A stretch of 38,796 nucleotides of DNA, from positions 1-38,796 of the IMG/VR virus record IMGVR_UViG_3300048851_000186. The stretch is one strand, 5' to 3'. The stretch is from a virus. Lineage: Duplodnaviria > Caudoviricetes. A model generated the notes under the pieces. That model was not told where the DNA came from. It did no database searches and saw only the letters and a list, made by a program, of their open reading frames with translations. Each line of letters starts with the position of its first letter. The first letter of the stretch is position 1. Positions 15,194 through 24,733 of the stretch are shown here, one piece after another. The translations under genes were made by a program, and so were the position numbers.

Positions 15194-16554
15194 TGCGAAT
15201 TTTTGGTCTCGAAATCGGCCGGCCGACCACGAAGGCTGTTTCGCCTGTAGCGCAAGGCCGTCGCGGATGGTTTGGCGTGATGGAAAGCTACGCGGGCGCT
15301 TGGCAGCACAATGTCGAGGTCAAGTACGATAGCGTTCTGTCCAATCATGCCGACTTCGCATGCCGCACGCTGATCGCCTCCGACATAGCGAAGCTGCGTA
15401 TAAAGCTCGTGCAGCGCGATGATAATGGCATCTGGTCCGAGGTGACTAATGCCGCCTATTCGCCAGTACTGCGCAAGCCGAACCATTTTCAGAATCGAAT
15501 CCAGTTCATGGAAAGCTGGATCCTGTCGAAGCTCCAGCGCGGCAATACCTACGTGCTCAAGACGCGCGACGAACGCGGCGTTGTCGTCAAGCTATTTGTC
15601 CTCGACCCGGGCCTCGTCATGCCGCTGGTGTCGGACAGTGGGGACGTTTTCTACCAGCTGAACACTGACGCACTCGCCGGCGTCTCCGAAAGCGTGATTG
15701 TCCCGGCAAAAGAGATCATCCACGACCGGTTCAACTGCTTCTATCATCCCCTTGTCGGCCTTTCTCCGATCTTCGCTGGCGGCCTCGCCGCGATGCAAGG
15801 GCTCGCGATTCAGAACGACAGCGCGCTCTTTTTCCAGAACGGCGCCACGCCTGGCGGCGTCCTGACTGCTCCCGGTGCAATCGAAGACGAAACCGCTACT
15901 CGCATCAAGGAATACTGGGACAACAATTTCACCGGTGAAAATTCCGGCAAGGTGGCCGTTCTTGGCGACGGCCTGAAATACGATCCGATGAAGGCCAAGG
16001 CGGTCGACGCCCAGCTCATTGAACAGCTCAAGTGGTCGGCGGAAGTTGTCTGCTCGACCTACCACGTCCCGCCCTACAAGATTGGCGTTGGTGTGATGCC
16101 GACGAACAACAACGTGCAGGCATTGAACGTCGAATATTACTCGCAGTGCCTTCAGGTGCTGATCGAGGCCGCCGAGCTTTGCCTCGACGAAGGTTTGCAG
16201 ATGAAAGACGGTGTCGGCACCGAGTTTGATACCGACAACCTCCTGCGCATGGACAGCGTCACGCAGATGGAAGTGCTCGACAAGTCCAAGGGCATCATGT
16301 CTCCGAACGAGCAGCGCAAGAAGCTCGATCTCAAGCCGGCCGCCGGCGGCAACAGCCCAATGCTCCAACAACAGAATTTCAGCCTCGAGGCGCTGGCAAA
16401 ACGTGACGCGCAAGAGGATCCTTTCGGCACCGCCGCCAAGCCATCGCCGGAGCCGACTGCCAAACCCGAAGACGATGCGGCCCTTGCGGCCGCGCAACAG
16501 CGAGCGGCGACTGCTGAACTCCTGCTGTCATTTCAGAAAGGCATGTCGGCATGA
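15193..16554 (+). CDS. Portal protein, HK97 family
   Basis: IASDIAKL, LRKPN, GNTYV, GLSPI, FFQNGATPGGVL, YHVPPYKIG, SPNEQR. Confidence 0.96.
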   Translation: MRIFGLEIGRPTTKAVSPVAQGRRGWFGVMESYAGAWQHNVEVKYDSVLSNHADFACRTLIASDIAKLRIKLVQRDDNGIWSEVTNAAYSPVLRKPNHFQNRIQFMESWILSKLQRGNTYVLKTRDERGVVVKLFVLDPGLVMPLVSDSGDVFYQLNTDALAGVSESVIVPAKEIIHDRFNCFYHPLVGLSPIFAGGLAAMQGLAIQNDSALFFQNGATPGGVLTAPGAIEDETATRIKEYWDNNFTGENSGKVAVLGDGLKYDPMKAKAVDAQLIEQLKWSAEVVCSTYHVPPYKIGVGVMPTNNNVQALNVEYYSQCLQVLIEAAELCLDEGLQMKDGVGTEFDTDNLLRMDSVTQMEVLDKSKGIMSPNEQRKKLDLKPAAGGNSPMLQQQNFSLEALAKRDAQEDPFGTAAKPSPEPTAKPEDDAALAAAQQRAATAELLLSFQKGMSA

Positions 16555-17291
16555 TCGACGCAAAAGCCATCGGCTCGGAACTGGCTGCTGTCGTTAAGGC
16601 GCAGATGAACCCGATCCTGTCTCGGCTCGAAGACCTTGAGAAACGGTTCGAAAGCATCCCGGCACAGGTGGACCTTTCCGCCGACCTCGCAGCGCTGAAG
16701 TCCGCTGTCGAAGCGATCGAGCCGCCACACATTCCCGATCTGCCGGAGCTCCCGGACATCGCGGCCCTTGTCGAGACGGCTGTTGACGCCGCGGTCGCAG
16801 CTCTTCCGGCGCCTGAGAAAGCAATCGGACTTGCGGGCGCCCTGATCGATCGCAGCGGCGAACTCGTCGTCACGCTTTCGAACGGCGAAGTGCAGAAGCT
16901 CGGTTTGGTGGTCGGGAAGGAGGGCGACGATGGCAAGCCCGGGCGCGATGGCTTCAACCTCGAGAACTTCGACGCGAAGGTCATGGATGACGGTCGGACG
17001 GTGCTCCTGTCGTTCGTTGGCAAAGATCTCGATTACAGCGTCGAGCTCGGCTTCCCAGTCATGATTTACCGCGGCGTTTTCACTGAAGGTCAATACAGCA
17101 AGGGCGATACAGTCACCTGGGGCGGCTCTTTGTGGCACTGCGATGCCGACAAAACCGACAGCAAGCCCGGAGACGGTTCGAAGGACTGGACGCTCTGCGC
17201 CAAGAAGGGCAGGGACGGCAAAGACGGCGTCGTCAAGGATGCAAAGCCCCAGCAGCCGGTTCGCGTTGGCGTTCCAGCCAGGGGGGAATGA
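16551..17291 (+). CDS. Putative head-associated/decoration protein with collagen-like and carbohydrate-binding-like motifs
   Basis: GDDGKPGRDG and GRDGKDG repeats; YRGVF...GDTVTWGGSLWHC. Confidence 0.7.
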   Translation: MIDAKAIGSELAAVVKAQMNPILSRLEDLEKRFESIPAQVDLSADLAALKSAVEAIEPPHIPDLPELPDIAALVETAVDAAVAALPAPEKAIGLAGALIDRSGELVVTLSNGEVQKLGLVVGKEGDDGKPGRDGFNLENFDAKVMDDGRTVLLSFVGKDLDYSVELGFPVMIYRGVFTEGQYSKGDTVTWGGSLWHCDADKTDSKPGDGSKDWTLCAKKGRDGKDGVVKDAKPQQPVRVGVPARGE

Positions 17292-17292
17292 C

Positions 17293-17607
17293 ATGGCCCT
17301 CGTGACCCTCGCTCAAGTCAATCTCGCGCTGCGCCTCGACCTCATCGACGGCGACGAGCGCGTTCCTGATATTGAGCTCAAGATCCGGCAGGCGGAAGAC
17401 GCTGTCGTCGGCTATCTGAAAAAACCGGCGCATGGCTGGACTGACGAAACCGTGCCAGGCCGCGTCTCCGCTGCCGTCATGCTGGTGGTCCAAAGCCTAC
17501 TCGACGACAGCGCGGAAGCTACGATGTTGTCCGGGCTAGGCACCGGAGACCCTAAAAACCCAGTCGTAGCGCTTCTGTATCGGCTCAGGGACCCTGCGAT
17601 CGCATGA
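17293..17607 (+). CDS. Head-tail connector (gp6-like)
   Basis: MALVTLAQVNLALRLD...V.AAVML...LLYRLRDPAIA. Confidence 0.85.
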   Translation: MALVTLAQVNLALRLDLIDGDERVPDIELKIRQAEDAVVGYLKKPAHGWTDETVPGRVSAAVMLVVQSLLDDSAEATMLSGLGTGDPKNPVVALLYRLRDPAIA

Positions 17608-17948
17608 TTACCGCGAACGAGTTAGACAGACGGATCACGCTCCAGCGTTCTACAACTACGGCCGGTCCTCTCAATGAACCGATCGAGGTCTGGGATGATC
17701 TCGCGAAGGTATGGGCGCGGCGTCGCGATGCCTCCGACAGTCAAAAAATCGAGTATATAGCGGCCGGCCAGACTGGCTCTTTCATCGTCGCCCGGTTCAC
17801 GGTCCGCTCAAGTGCCGTCACCCGCTCGGTCACGCCTGTTGATCAGATCGTGCACGACGGGAAGGTCTGGGACATCAAGGGCGTGAAGGAAGCTGATGAG
17901 GGTCGTCATCGCTTTATCGAAATCACTGCCTCACGGGATGCCGACTGA
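17604..17948 (+). CDS. Head-tail adaptor/head closure protein
   Basis: ELDRRITLQR...W..LAKVWA...GKVWDIKGV. Confidence 0.88.
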   Translation: MITANELDRRITLQRSTTTAGPLNEPIEVWDDLAKVWARRRDASDSQKIEYIAAGQTGSFIVARFTVRSSAVTRSVTPVDQIVHDGKVWDIKGVKEADEGRHRFIEITASRDAD

Positions 17949-18394
17949 TGGCAAAGATCACTGTAAAAATTCTCGGCCTGAAAGAGGTGGACAGGGCGCT
18001 TGGGCAACTGCCGAAGGCCACGGCAAAAGCGGCGTTGCGGCGGGTTCTCCTTGAAGGTGGCGAACTGATTGCCAGTGCTGCTCGCCGGCGGGCGCCCCAC
18101 CTTGAGTATTATCTGCTCGAAAGTATTGACGTCTCGACGAAGTTGAATTCACGCCAGCGGTCCTTGCACCGGGAGCAAGGCGGCCAGGCTTTTCAGGAGA
18201 TGTTCGTTGGAACGAATAACCCTGCAGGGGTCCAGCAGGAGTTCGGTAACGAGCGCCATGGACCGCAGCCTTTCATGCGGCCCGCCTGGGATTCGACCAA
18301 GGATGCAGCGCTGGAGCGGATCACGCTTCTGCTTTGGACCGAAATTGAAAAGTCGGCGGCGCGGGTCGCGAGCAAAGGAGCGCGGGGCAAGTGA
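17948..18394 (+). CDS. HK97 gp10-like tail completion protein
   Basis: GLKEVDRAL..L, QEFG.....PQPFMRPAWD. Confidence 0.88.
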   Translation: MAKITVKILGLKEVDRALGQLPKATAKAALRRVLLEGGELIASAARRRAPHLEYYLLESIDVSTKLNSRQRSLHREQGGQAFQEMFVGTNNPAGVQQEFGNERHGPQPFMRPAWDSTKDAALERITLLLWTEIEKSAARVASKGARGK

Positions 18395-18759
18395 TGGAAC
18401 AGGCTCTGACTGATCTGCTGGCGTCGGTCGCTGGCGGGCGCCGACATTGGGGACGTGCCCCGCAAACGGTTGCCAGACCGTTTGTTGTGCTCAACCGCGT
18501 GGGCGGACAGCCGAACTATCACATGCAGGGGCCTTCCGGCTTCGTATCAAGCCGCGTCCAGATGGACTGCTACGCGGACAAATATACCGACGCGACCGCG
18601 CTCGCCAAAGCCGTGATCGCCTTGGTGTCCGGATACCAGGGCGGAACCATCCAAGGGGTTTTCGTCGAGAGCGAAAGAAGCCTTTCCGCAGCGGACGCGG
18701 GAGAGGTCAGCAGCCTGTTCCGCATTTCCATCGACATCACTGTTCTACACGGAGAATAA
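18394..18759 (+). CDS. Tail terminator (DUF3168-like)
   Basis: PFVVLNRVGG, RVQMDCYA; position in the neck cluster. Confidence 0.85.
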   Translation: MEQALTDLLASVAGGRRHWGRAPQTVARPFVVLNRVGGQPNYHMQGPSGFVSSRVQMDCYADKYTDATALAKAVIALVSGYQGGTIQGVFVESERSLSAADAGEVSSLFRISIDITVLHGE

Positions 18760-18763
18760 GACA

Positions 18764-19189
18764 ATGACTGAAGCTCGCATCGGCTACGGCACACAGTACG
18801 GCATCAAGGCGACCGCTACCGCTCCTATGTTCACGGCCATCGCGGAAGTGATGAGCGTGACGCCTGGTGCGTCCACGGCGGACCGCATCGAGGCAACCCA
18901 CATGCTCAGCCCCGGCCGGCGGCGAGAATACATCGCCGGCATGATCGACAGCGGCGAAGCCGAGTTCGAGATCAACTGGGTGCCCGGCAGCGCGACGGAT
19001 GAGATCCTGCGCACGCTGATGAGTTCCGGCGAGACCACGCCTCACCAGATCACGTTCCCGAATGGCGTAACCGTCACGTTCGGCGGCGCCATCACCGGCT
19101 ATGAAAAGTCGGTTCCGTTCGACGATCGCATGACCGCGACCATCACCGTCGCCGTTTCCGGTGAAGAGGTTTGGGGAGAGGCCGCATAA
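18764..19189 (+). CDS. Major tail tube protein
   Basis: IEATHM.SP..RREYIAGMIDSGE, TITVAVSG. Confidence 0.9.
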   Translation: MTEARIGYGTQYGIKATATAPMFTAIAEVMSVTPGASTADRIEATHMLSPGRRREYIAGMIDSGEAEFEINWVPGSATDEILRTLMSSGETTPHQITFPNGVTVTFGGAITGYEKSVPFDDRMTATITVAVSGEEVWGEAA

Positions 19190-19554
19190 TGGCAAACCAG
19201 GAGAGAGGCGAAGTCAGCTTCGAGGCTGCTGGCAAGACCTGGACGATGAAGATCGGGACAGGTGCTATGTGCGAGATCGAGGCGGAAACCGGCAAGAGCA
19301 TTTCGGAGGTTGGCCAGGCGCTGGAGAACCCGAAGACAGCCAGCCTTACGTTGATGCGGGCAGTTTTCTGGGGCGCCCTGCAGCATCGACACGATCAGCT
19401 CACCATTCGTGAATGCAACGACCTGATCGACGATGTCGGCGTGCAGCGTGTTGGTGAGCTGATCGGTCAAGCTTTCCAGCTCGCATTTCCAAAGAAGCCG
19501 GCCTTAACGAAGAAGGACCCCGGCTCGCGCCCGCGGAAGGCGGCGGCAGTATAG
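19189..19554 (+). CDS. Tail assembly chaperone (gpG-like)
   Basis: MANQERGEVSF...AMCEIE; lies between the tube and tape measure genes. Confidence 0.85.
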   Translation: MANQERGEVSFEAAGKTWTMKIGTGAMCEIEAETGKSISEVGQALENPKTASLTLMRAVFWGALQHRHDQLTIRECNDLIDDVGVQRVGELIGQAFQLAFPKKPALTKKDPGSRPRKAAAV

Positions 19555-19853
19555 TCTGGCCGTCGCTTATCTCCGCCTGGGTTGAGGCGGGGCAACAGTA
19601 TGAGCTGTTCTGGCGGCTCACTCTTCGCGAGATCAACGCCGTCTTGAAGGGTGTTACCGATATGCGAACCCGGGAGCGGGACGAGCGCATGTCGCTCGCC
19701 TGGCACATCGAAGCAATGGCCCGTCTCAAAAAGCTTCCCAAGCTGGAAAGCATACTGAGCAGCGGCAAGAAATCTTCGGGCGACAAGAAGATGACGGCTG
19801 ACCAGATCGAAACCGTCACCCGTAGCTGGCTAGGCTCTCGACAGAAACGTTAG
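19551..19853 (+). CDS. Tail assembly chaperone C-terminal part (gpT-like), probably made by -1 frameshift
   Basis: The -1 frame is open from 19458 to 19853: WPSLISAWVEAGQQYELFWRLTLREI...; no good start/RBS. Confidence 0.7.
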   Translation: MVWPSLISAWVEAGQQYELFWRLTLREINAVLKGVTDMRTRERDERMSLAWHIEAMARLKKLPKLESILSSGKKSSGDKKMTADQIETVTRSWLGSRQKR

Positions 19854-20329
19854 TGTTTCTTGCGCCAGTCCCATGGGTTTTCGAATGTGCCCTGCCATAC
19901 GCCTATGCCGGCAGCCTTGGCTGCCTCCTGATCTCTGGCGTAGGCGCCCTTAGAGTAACGCGGCCAATCGAGGGCATGGCCGTTTCGTGCCATCCAAGCG
20001 GCCACGCTCTGCCCATCTGCTCTGAAGCAGTTGCCTACAAAACGCTTATATCTGTCGCGATTTATGAACTCGCAACGAGTGGGGCGAGAGGCAGCCAGAA
20101 ACAGGTCAAGAGCCTCGGCGGCAGTTTTCCCACATCGGTAGGGTCTGTCGGTAGCGTCCGAACAGGTTTGCCGGCTCTCCGGAGCATCTATGCCATTCAG
20201 GCGAATCCGTTCGTCCTGAATGTCGATAGTGTCGCCATCGACTACGGAGGCTCTGCCGATCGCAGGCCCTTCACTAGATGCGGGAGAGGCTGCGAGTATG
20301 GCTACGATCGCCAAGCCAAGAGTTCTCAA
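19850..20329 (-). CDS. Secreted thermonuclease (SNase) family protein
   Basis: Signal peptide, VVDGDTI, IRLNGIDAPE, DRYKR, GVWQG...PWDWR. Confidence 0.92.
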   Translation of the reverse strand: MRTLGLAIVAILAASPASSEGPAIGRASVVDGDTIDIQDERIRLNGIDAPESRQTCSDATDRPYRCGKTAAEALDLFLAASRPTRCEFINRDRYKRFVGNCFRADGQSVAAWMARNGHALDWPRYSKGAYARDQEAAKAAGIGVWQGTFENPWDWRKKH

Positions 20330-20652
20330 TACCGAAACCCAGGCTTGCTGGATGACGCCTTGGTCTCCTGCTCAATGCATGTTCCCAAAATCGCGTAGGT
20401 TCCGCCGACGGAACTTGCAACCTTGTCGCAGTATCTTGTCACCTTCGACGGGATGTTCGGCCAGCTTGTTTTGAGTGTGTTGTAGGCTGACTGCTCCTGT
20501 CGGATGCAGGTGTTCTCGATCTGGGAAGAACCACCGATAGAAGCGGCTACTTTCTCGCAATACTTCGCGACATCGTACCTCGGAGGTCCCGACTGGGCGC
20601 TAGCTGGCGACGCAAGCAAAACAGTCGTGGCCGCGAAAATCAAATAGCGCAT
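20326..20652 (-). CDS. Exported small protein with a duplicated Cys motif
   Basis: Signal peptide (ASA/Q); YCEKVAASIGG..I..TCI.QE repeated as YCDKVASSVGG..I..TCI.QE. Confidence 0.85.
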   Translation of the reverse strand: MRYLIFAATTVLLASPASAQSGPPRYDVAKYCEKVAASIGGSSQIENTCIRQEQSAYNTLKTSWPNIPSKVTRYCDKVASSVGGTYAILGTCIEQETKASSSKPGFRY

Positions 20653-20701
20653 CGAGCCTCCTCGTCCTCATCTGCGCGGAACATGAATTAGGAAGTCTAA
20701 T

Positions 20702-23095
20702 ATGGCAAGTGCGGTCATTGGTGCGCTTCGCGTCAACCTCGGAATAGACAGTGCTGAGTTTCAGAATGGGCTGAAAAAGGCGCAAGCCAGCCTGAGCGGC
20801 GTTGGCAAGTCGATGCAGTCTGCCGGCAAAAATATGTCGGCCTACATGACTGCACCGCTTGCGGCCATGGGTGCGCTGACGATCAAGACTGCCGGCGACT
20901 TCGAAGCATCCATGAACCGCGTCCAGGCTGCGACCAATGCGTCGTCTGACCAGTTTCAGCAGATGCAGAAGATGGCCCTGGAACTTGGTGCCAACACGTC
21001 GAAATCTGCTTCCGAAGCCGCCGACGCGATGGAGATGCTGGCGAAGAACGGCGTCTCGGCTGAGGATATCTTGAACGGGGCGGCTTCAGCATCGATCAAG
21101 CTTTCCGAAGCAACGGGCGGTGATCTCGCCACCGCGGCTGACGTTGCAACCAACGTCATGGCGCAGTTCAAGATTGAGGTGAAGGACCTCGGCAAAGTCG
21201 TCGACGGCATCACCAATGTGACGCTCTCTTCCCAGTTTGGTTTCAATGATTACAAGGATGCGTTGGGGCAGGCCGGGGGCGTGGCCGGCGCACTGGGCGT
21301 CAGTCTCGAAGAGTTCAATGCAGCAATCGCCGCTACCTCGTCAGTATTCAATAGTGGCTCCGACGCCGGCACTTCGTTCAAGACGTTTCTGACAACCCTC
21401 GTGCCGAAGAGTGCTGCTGCTGAGAGCGCCATGAAGGATCTCGGGCTCGAATTCTTCAATGCCGACGGGTCGATGAAATCCATGTCGGCGATCGCGGAAG
21501 AGCTGAAGACCAGCCTAGCGGGACTGAGCGATGAAGCACGGAATAATGCTGTCAAAGAAATCTTCGGCATTGATGCCATGCGGACTGCTATCGCGCTCGC
21601 GGACCAGGGTGCGGCCGGCATCAACAAGATGACGGAGACAGTCGCCAGAACAGGATCCGCGAATGAGCAGTCGGCTGCGCGTATGAAAGGTTTCAACGGC
21701 GAACTGGAGAAGCTGACTGGAGCACTGGAAACGCTCTCGATCACGATCGCCAACAGCGGCCTTCTGGCTTTTGCGACCTCGTTGGTTAGCGCTCTCGGAG
21801 GTCTGGTCGACAAGCTGTCGGAAACAAACCCAGAAATCTTGAAGTGGGGAACGGTGGTCGCAGGCGTCGGCGTAGTCCTTGGTCCTGTCATGGTCGCAGT
21901 CGGTCTGTTCGTGTCGGCTGTCGCCGCTATCGGCGCCCCTGTCATCGCTGGCGTTGCGGCTGTCACAGCACTCGCTGCTGCTGCCACCGCGCTTTATACG
22001 AATTGGGATCAGGTCCGGGCGTCGTTCCCCGCGGTTGCTGCTGCCGTGGAAACTACCATTGCGGTTATGAAGGTATCGCTCACGGGCTTACTTGAGAATG
22101 CACGGTTGATGGCGACCGGCATAGCGCAGGCCCTAACGGGCGACTTTGCAGGCGCCTGGACGAGCGCGCTCGCTCTGCTCAACAACTTCTGGCAGACCTT
22201 CGGCGCGATCGCCGACACGATCATTCCCGGCTTTACGGCTAAGGTGCTAGAGCTGATCCAGAGCGTGAAACAGATGGCGACGGATATCGTCGCGGCGTTC
22301 TCGAACTTGCCAAGCCAGATGATCGCGATTGGTGGGCAGATCATCGACGGACTTTGGCAGGGAATTCAGGCTAAGTGGGAAACGGTGAAGGCCGGCGTTG
22401 CCAACATCGGCACGTCGATCTCGTCCAGCGTCAAGAGCGCTCTCGGTATCCATTCTCCCTCACGCGTTATGCATGAAGTCGGCGTTAACGTGATGCAGGG
22501 TCTCGGAAACGGCATGACGAGTCTTCAGGGGCAGGTTGTTGGTGTCGCTGGTGATACTGCTACGAAAGTCGGGACAGAGTTGTCCAGCCTGGATCAGCTC
22601 GGTCAGACGCTCGGCTCGTCGATCGGGGATGTGTTCGCCGGTTTCGTTGAAGGCGGCGACGCAGCGAAAGAGGCCTTGAAGGGGCTTGTGAAGCAGCTCG
22701 CGAACTTTGCGCTCAACGATGGGCTCAAGGCGCTATCGAATGCCTTTGGCCGCGGTGGCGCTGCGGCTACAGGCGGGAGCGGCGGTGGGCTTGGCTCGAT
22801 CTTCGGCAGCATTGCCAAATCGTTGTTCGGCTTTGCGCAGGGCGGTTCTATTCTGCCAGGCGGCGCTGCGAAAGTGTCCGGTATAGACAGTCAGGTCGTC
22901 GCTTTCCGTAAGAAGCCCTCCGAGCAGGTGGATATCTACGATCCTAAGAACCAGCGCAGTGCTGGTGGCAGTGTCCGCGGCGGTGACATCATTATCCAAG
23001 GTGATGCCTCGGAGAACACTGTGCGGCTCATCAGGCAGGCCATGAAGGACAACAACCGTCAGATTTCCTACGCTCAGCAAAACGGATGGAGGTGA
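20702..23095 (+). CDS. Tail tape measure protein (TP901-type core)
   Basis: ALRVNLGIDSAEF, FEASMNRV, GSDAGTSFKT, LGIHSPSRV; 797 aa, Ala/Gly-rich. Confidence 0.96.
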   Translation: MASAVIGALRVNLGIDSAEFQNGLKKAQASLSGVGKSMQSAGKNMSAYMTAPLAAMGALTIKTAGDFEASMNRVQAATNASSDQFQQMQKMALELGANTSKSASEAADAMEMLAKNGVSAEDILNGAASASIKLSEATGGDLATAADVATNVMAQFKIEVKDLGKVVDGITNVTLSSQFGFNDYKDALGQAGGVAGALGVSLEEFNAAIAATSSVFNSGSDAGTSFKTFLTTLVPKSAAAESAMKDLGLEFFNADGSMKSMSAIAEELKTSLAGLSDEARNNAVKEIFGIDAMRTAIALADQGAAGINKMTETVARTGSANEQSAARMKGFNGELEKLTGALETLSITIANSGLLAFATSLVSALGGLVDKLSETNPEILKWGTVVAGVGVVLGPVMVAVGLFVSAVAAIGAPVIAGVAAVTALAAAATALYTNWDQVRASFPAVAAAVETTIAVMKVSLTGLLENARLMATGIAQALTGDFAGAWTSALALLNNFWQTFGAIADTIIPGFTAKVLELIQSVKQMATDIVAAFSNLPSQMIAIGGQIIDGLWQGIQAKWETVKAGVANIGTSISSSVKSALGIHSPSRVMHEVGVNVMQGLGNGMTSLQGQVVGVAGDTATKVGTELSSLDQLGQTLGSSIGDVFAGFVEGGDAAKEALKGLVKQLANFALNDGLKALSNAFGRGGAAATGGSGGGLGSIFGSIAKSLFGFAQGGSILPGGAAKVSGIDSQVVAFRKKPSEQVDIYDPKNQRSAGGSVRGGDIIIQGDASENTVRLIRQAMKDNNRQISYAQQNGWR

Positions 23096-23098
23096 CAG

Positions 23099-23791
23099 AT
23101 GATCTATTGGTCTTCACTTCTTATCCCGGTCGAGGTGATGTTCCGCATCAAGCCTATGCTGGTGACAGGTCCCACAACGTTCTCTGGCAGAAAGCAGATG
23201 GTGGCATCCGATGCTGGCTACTGGGTCGGGGCATTGTCTGACTTCCCGGTGGTCACGACAGACCAGGTTCTGGAATGGCGCGGGATTATCGCGGATCTGC
23301 AAGGCGGGCTGGAAGATGTTGTCATCGGTCCGTTCGATCATCTGCGGGCGCCGGTTCACAGCGGGCTTCCACCGGTGATTGGCGGCATTCGTCATTCTGA
23401 CGGATCGCTGTTTTCTGACGGTTCGGGGTACAGCCAGTCGTCGATCAAGGTGCGCAGTAAAACCAGCCTTGCGCTTCGCGCAACATCGGCCACGCTCACA
23501 ATTGACGAAGCTGGCCCACTGAAACGCGGGATGTACTTCACGGTCTACGATGGCATCCGGCCAAGTATGTACATGATCACCAAGCCGCCTGAGGTGGAGG
23601 GCAACACTGCGACAGTTCGCTTTCTGCCTACGCTGCGGGCTCCGGTTTCGGCAGGGGACGAGGTCGATTTCGCGGATCCAAAGCTGGTCATGAACCTTGC
23701 GTCTCCAGACGGTGGTGAGCTTTCGCTCGACATGGGACGTTGGGGGCGACCTTCAATCGAACTGCAGGAGAGTTGGAATGGACTTTCCTGA
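23099..23791 (+). CDS. Distal tail protein (putative)
   Basis: Follows the tape measure gene; FSDGSGY and F.PTLR motifs. Confidence 0.7.
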   Translation: MIYWSSLLIPVEVMFRIKPMLVTGPTTFSGRKQMVASDAGYWVGALSDFPVVTTDQVLEWRGIIADLQGGLEDVVIGPFDHLRAPVHSGLPPVIGGIRHSDGSLFSDGSGYSQSSIKVRSKTSLALRATSATLTIDEAGPLKRGMYFTVYDGIRPSMYMITKPPEVEGNTATVRFLPTLRAPVSAGDEVDFADPKLVMNLASPDGGELSLDMGRWGRPSIELQESWNGLS

Positions 23792-24353
23792 GACGATCAA
23801 GGCGCATCTCGCCGGCCGGTCTGTCCGCAAGGCAAGGCTGCTTGAGATGGATTTCGTCAGCGAGCGCATGGGGCTGTGGAACGGCTTCGGCGCGCTCGTG
23901 ACGAAAGACGACAAGCTGTGGCTCGGCGTCGGCGGTTTGGGCAAGATCTCCGGCGTTGCATCGACGATGGGCGGCAAGGCGCCGGAACTGATCTTCACCC
24001 TCTCCGGGGTCGACGATACCTTTGCCGCGAAGGCAAAGGGCGAGGCGACCGAATACTTCAATCGCGCCGCTGTCGTTTATGATCAGTTCTTCGATGAAGA
24101 GTGGGGCCTCCTCGACAACCCATTCGCTGTCTCATTCGGATTGATGCGCAAGCTGACATCCACGCGCGAGGCGAGCGATGGCGGCTTCGTTCGCACGGTG
24201 TCGATATCCGCAGAGAGCCCGTTCTCAGCAAAGAAGCGGGCAAAGTTCGCCTACCTGACGCCGCAAGATCAGCGCAACCGGCATCCCGGCGATGCCTTTG
24301 CAGATGACACACCGGGTATCGATACCCGCCGCATCACCTTCCCGGATTTCTAA
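23778..24353 (+). CDS. Tail tip/hub protein (putative)
   Basis: LWNGFG.L, WLGVGGLGKIS, LSGVD, DQRNRHPGD; GGAG RBS. Confidence 0.72.
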   Translation: MDFPETIKAHLAGRSVRKARLLEMDFVSERMGLWNGFGALVTKDDKLWLGVGGLGKISGVASTMGGKAPELIFTLSGVDDTFAAKAKGEATEYFNRAAVVYDQFFDEEWGLLDNPFAVSFGLMRKLTSTREASDGGFVRTVSISAESPFSAKKRAKFAYLTPQDQRNRHPGDAFADDTPGIDTRRITFPDF

Positions 24354-24733
24354 TGCTCGAAACATTCCTGGCTGAAGCGGCCCGATCGGATCACGTCTGG
24401 TCGGAGAGCGACTGCGCTATGACGATCGCCAACTGGTGGCGGTTCAAGCACGGCGTCGATCCCGCTCCGCATCTGCGCGGCAGCTACCATACCGAAAACG
24501 AGTGCCGCGCTGTCGTCGAACGCGAAGGCGGCATGCTTGCCGTCGTAACCGGCTGCGCAGCGCGTGTTGCCGCTGTCGAGGTCGATATCCCGCGACCTGG
24601 CGATATCGGCGTCGTTGCGGCGCATGGCTTGATGTTCGGTGCAATCATGGGGCCTTCAGGCCGGTGGCTTGTCAAATCTGAACGCGGCATCGCCGGCTAC
24701 CGCTGCGGCCACCTGAAAGCCTGGAGAATCTGA
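24353..24733 (+). CDS. NlpC/P60-like tail assembly protein (DUF6950-like)
   Basis: WSESDCA, GVDPA, PGDIGVV. Confidence 0.78.
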   Translation: MLETFLAEAARSDHVWSESDCAMTIANWWRFKHGVDPAPHLRGSYHTENECRAVVEREGGMLAVVTGCAARVAAVEVDIPRPGDIGVVAAHGLMFGAIMGPSGRWLVKSERGIAGYRCGHLKAWRI

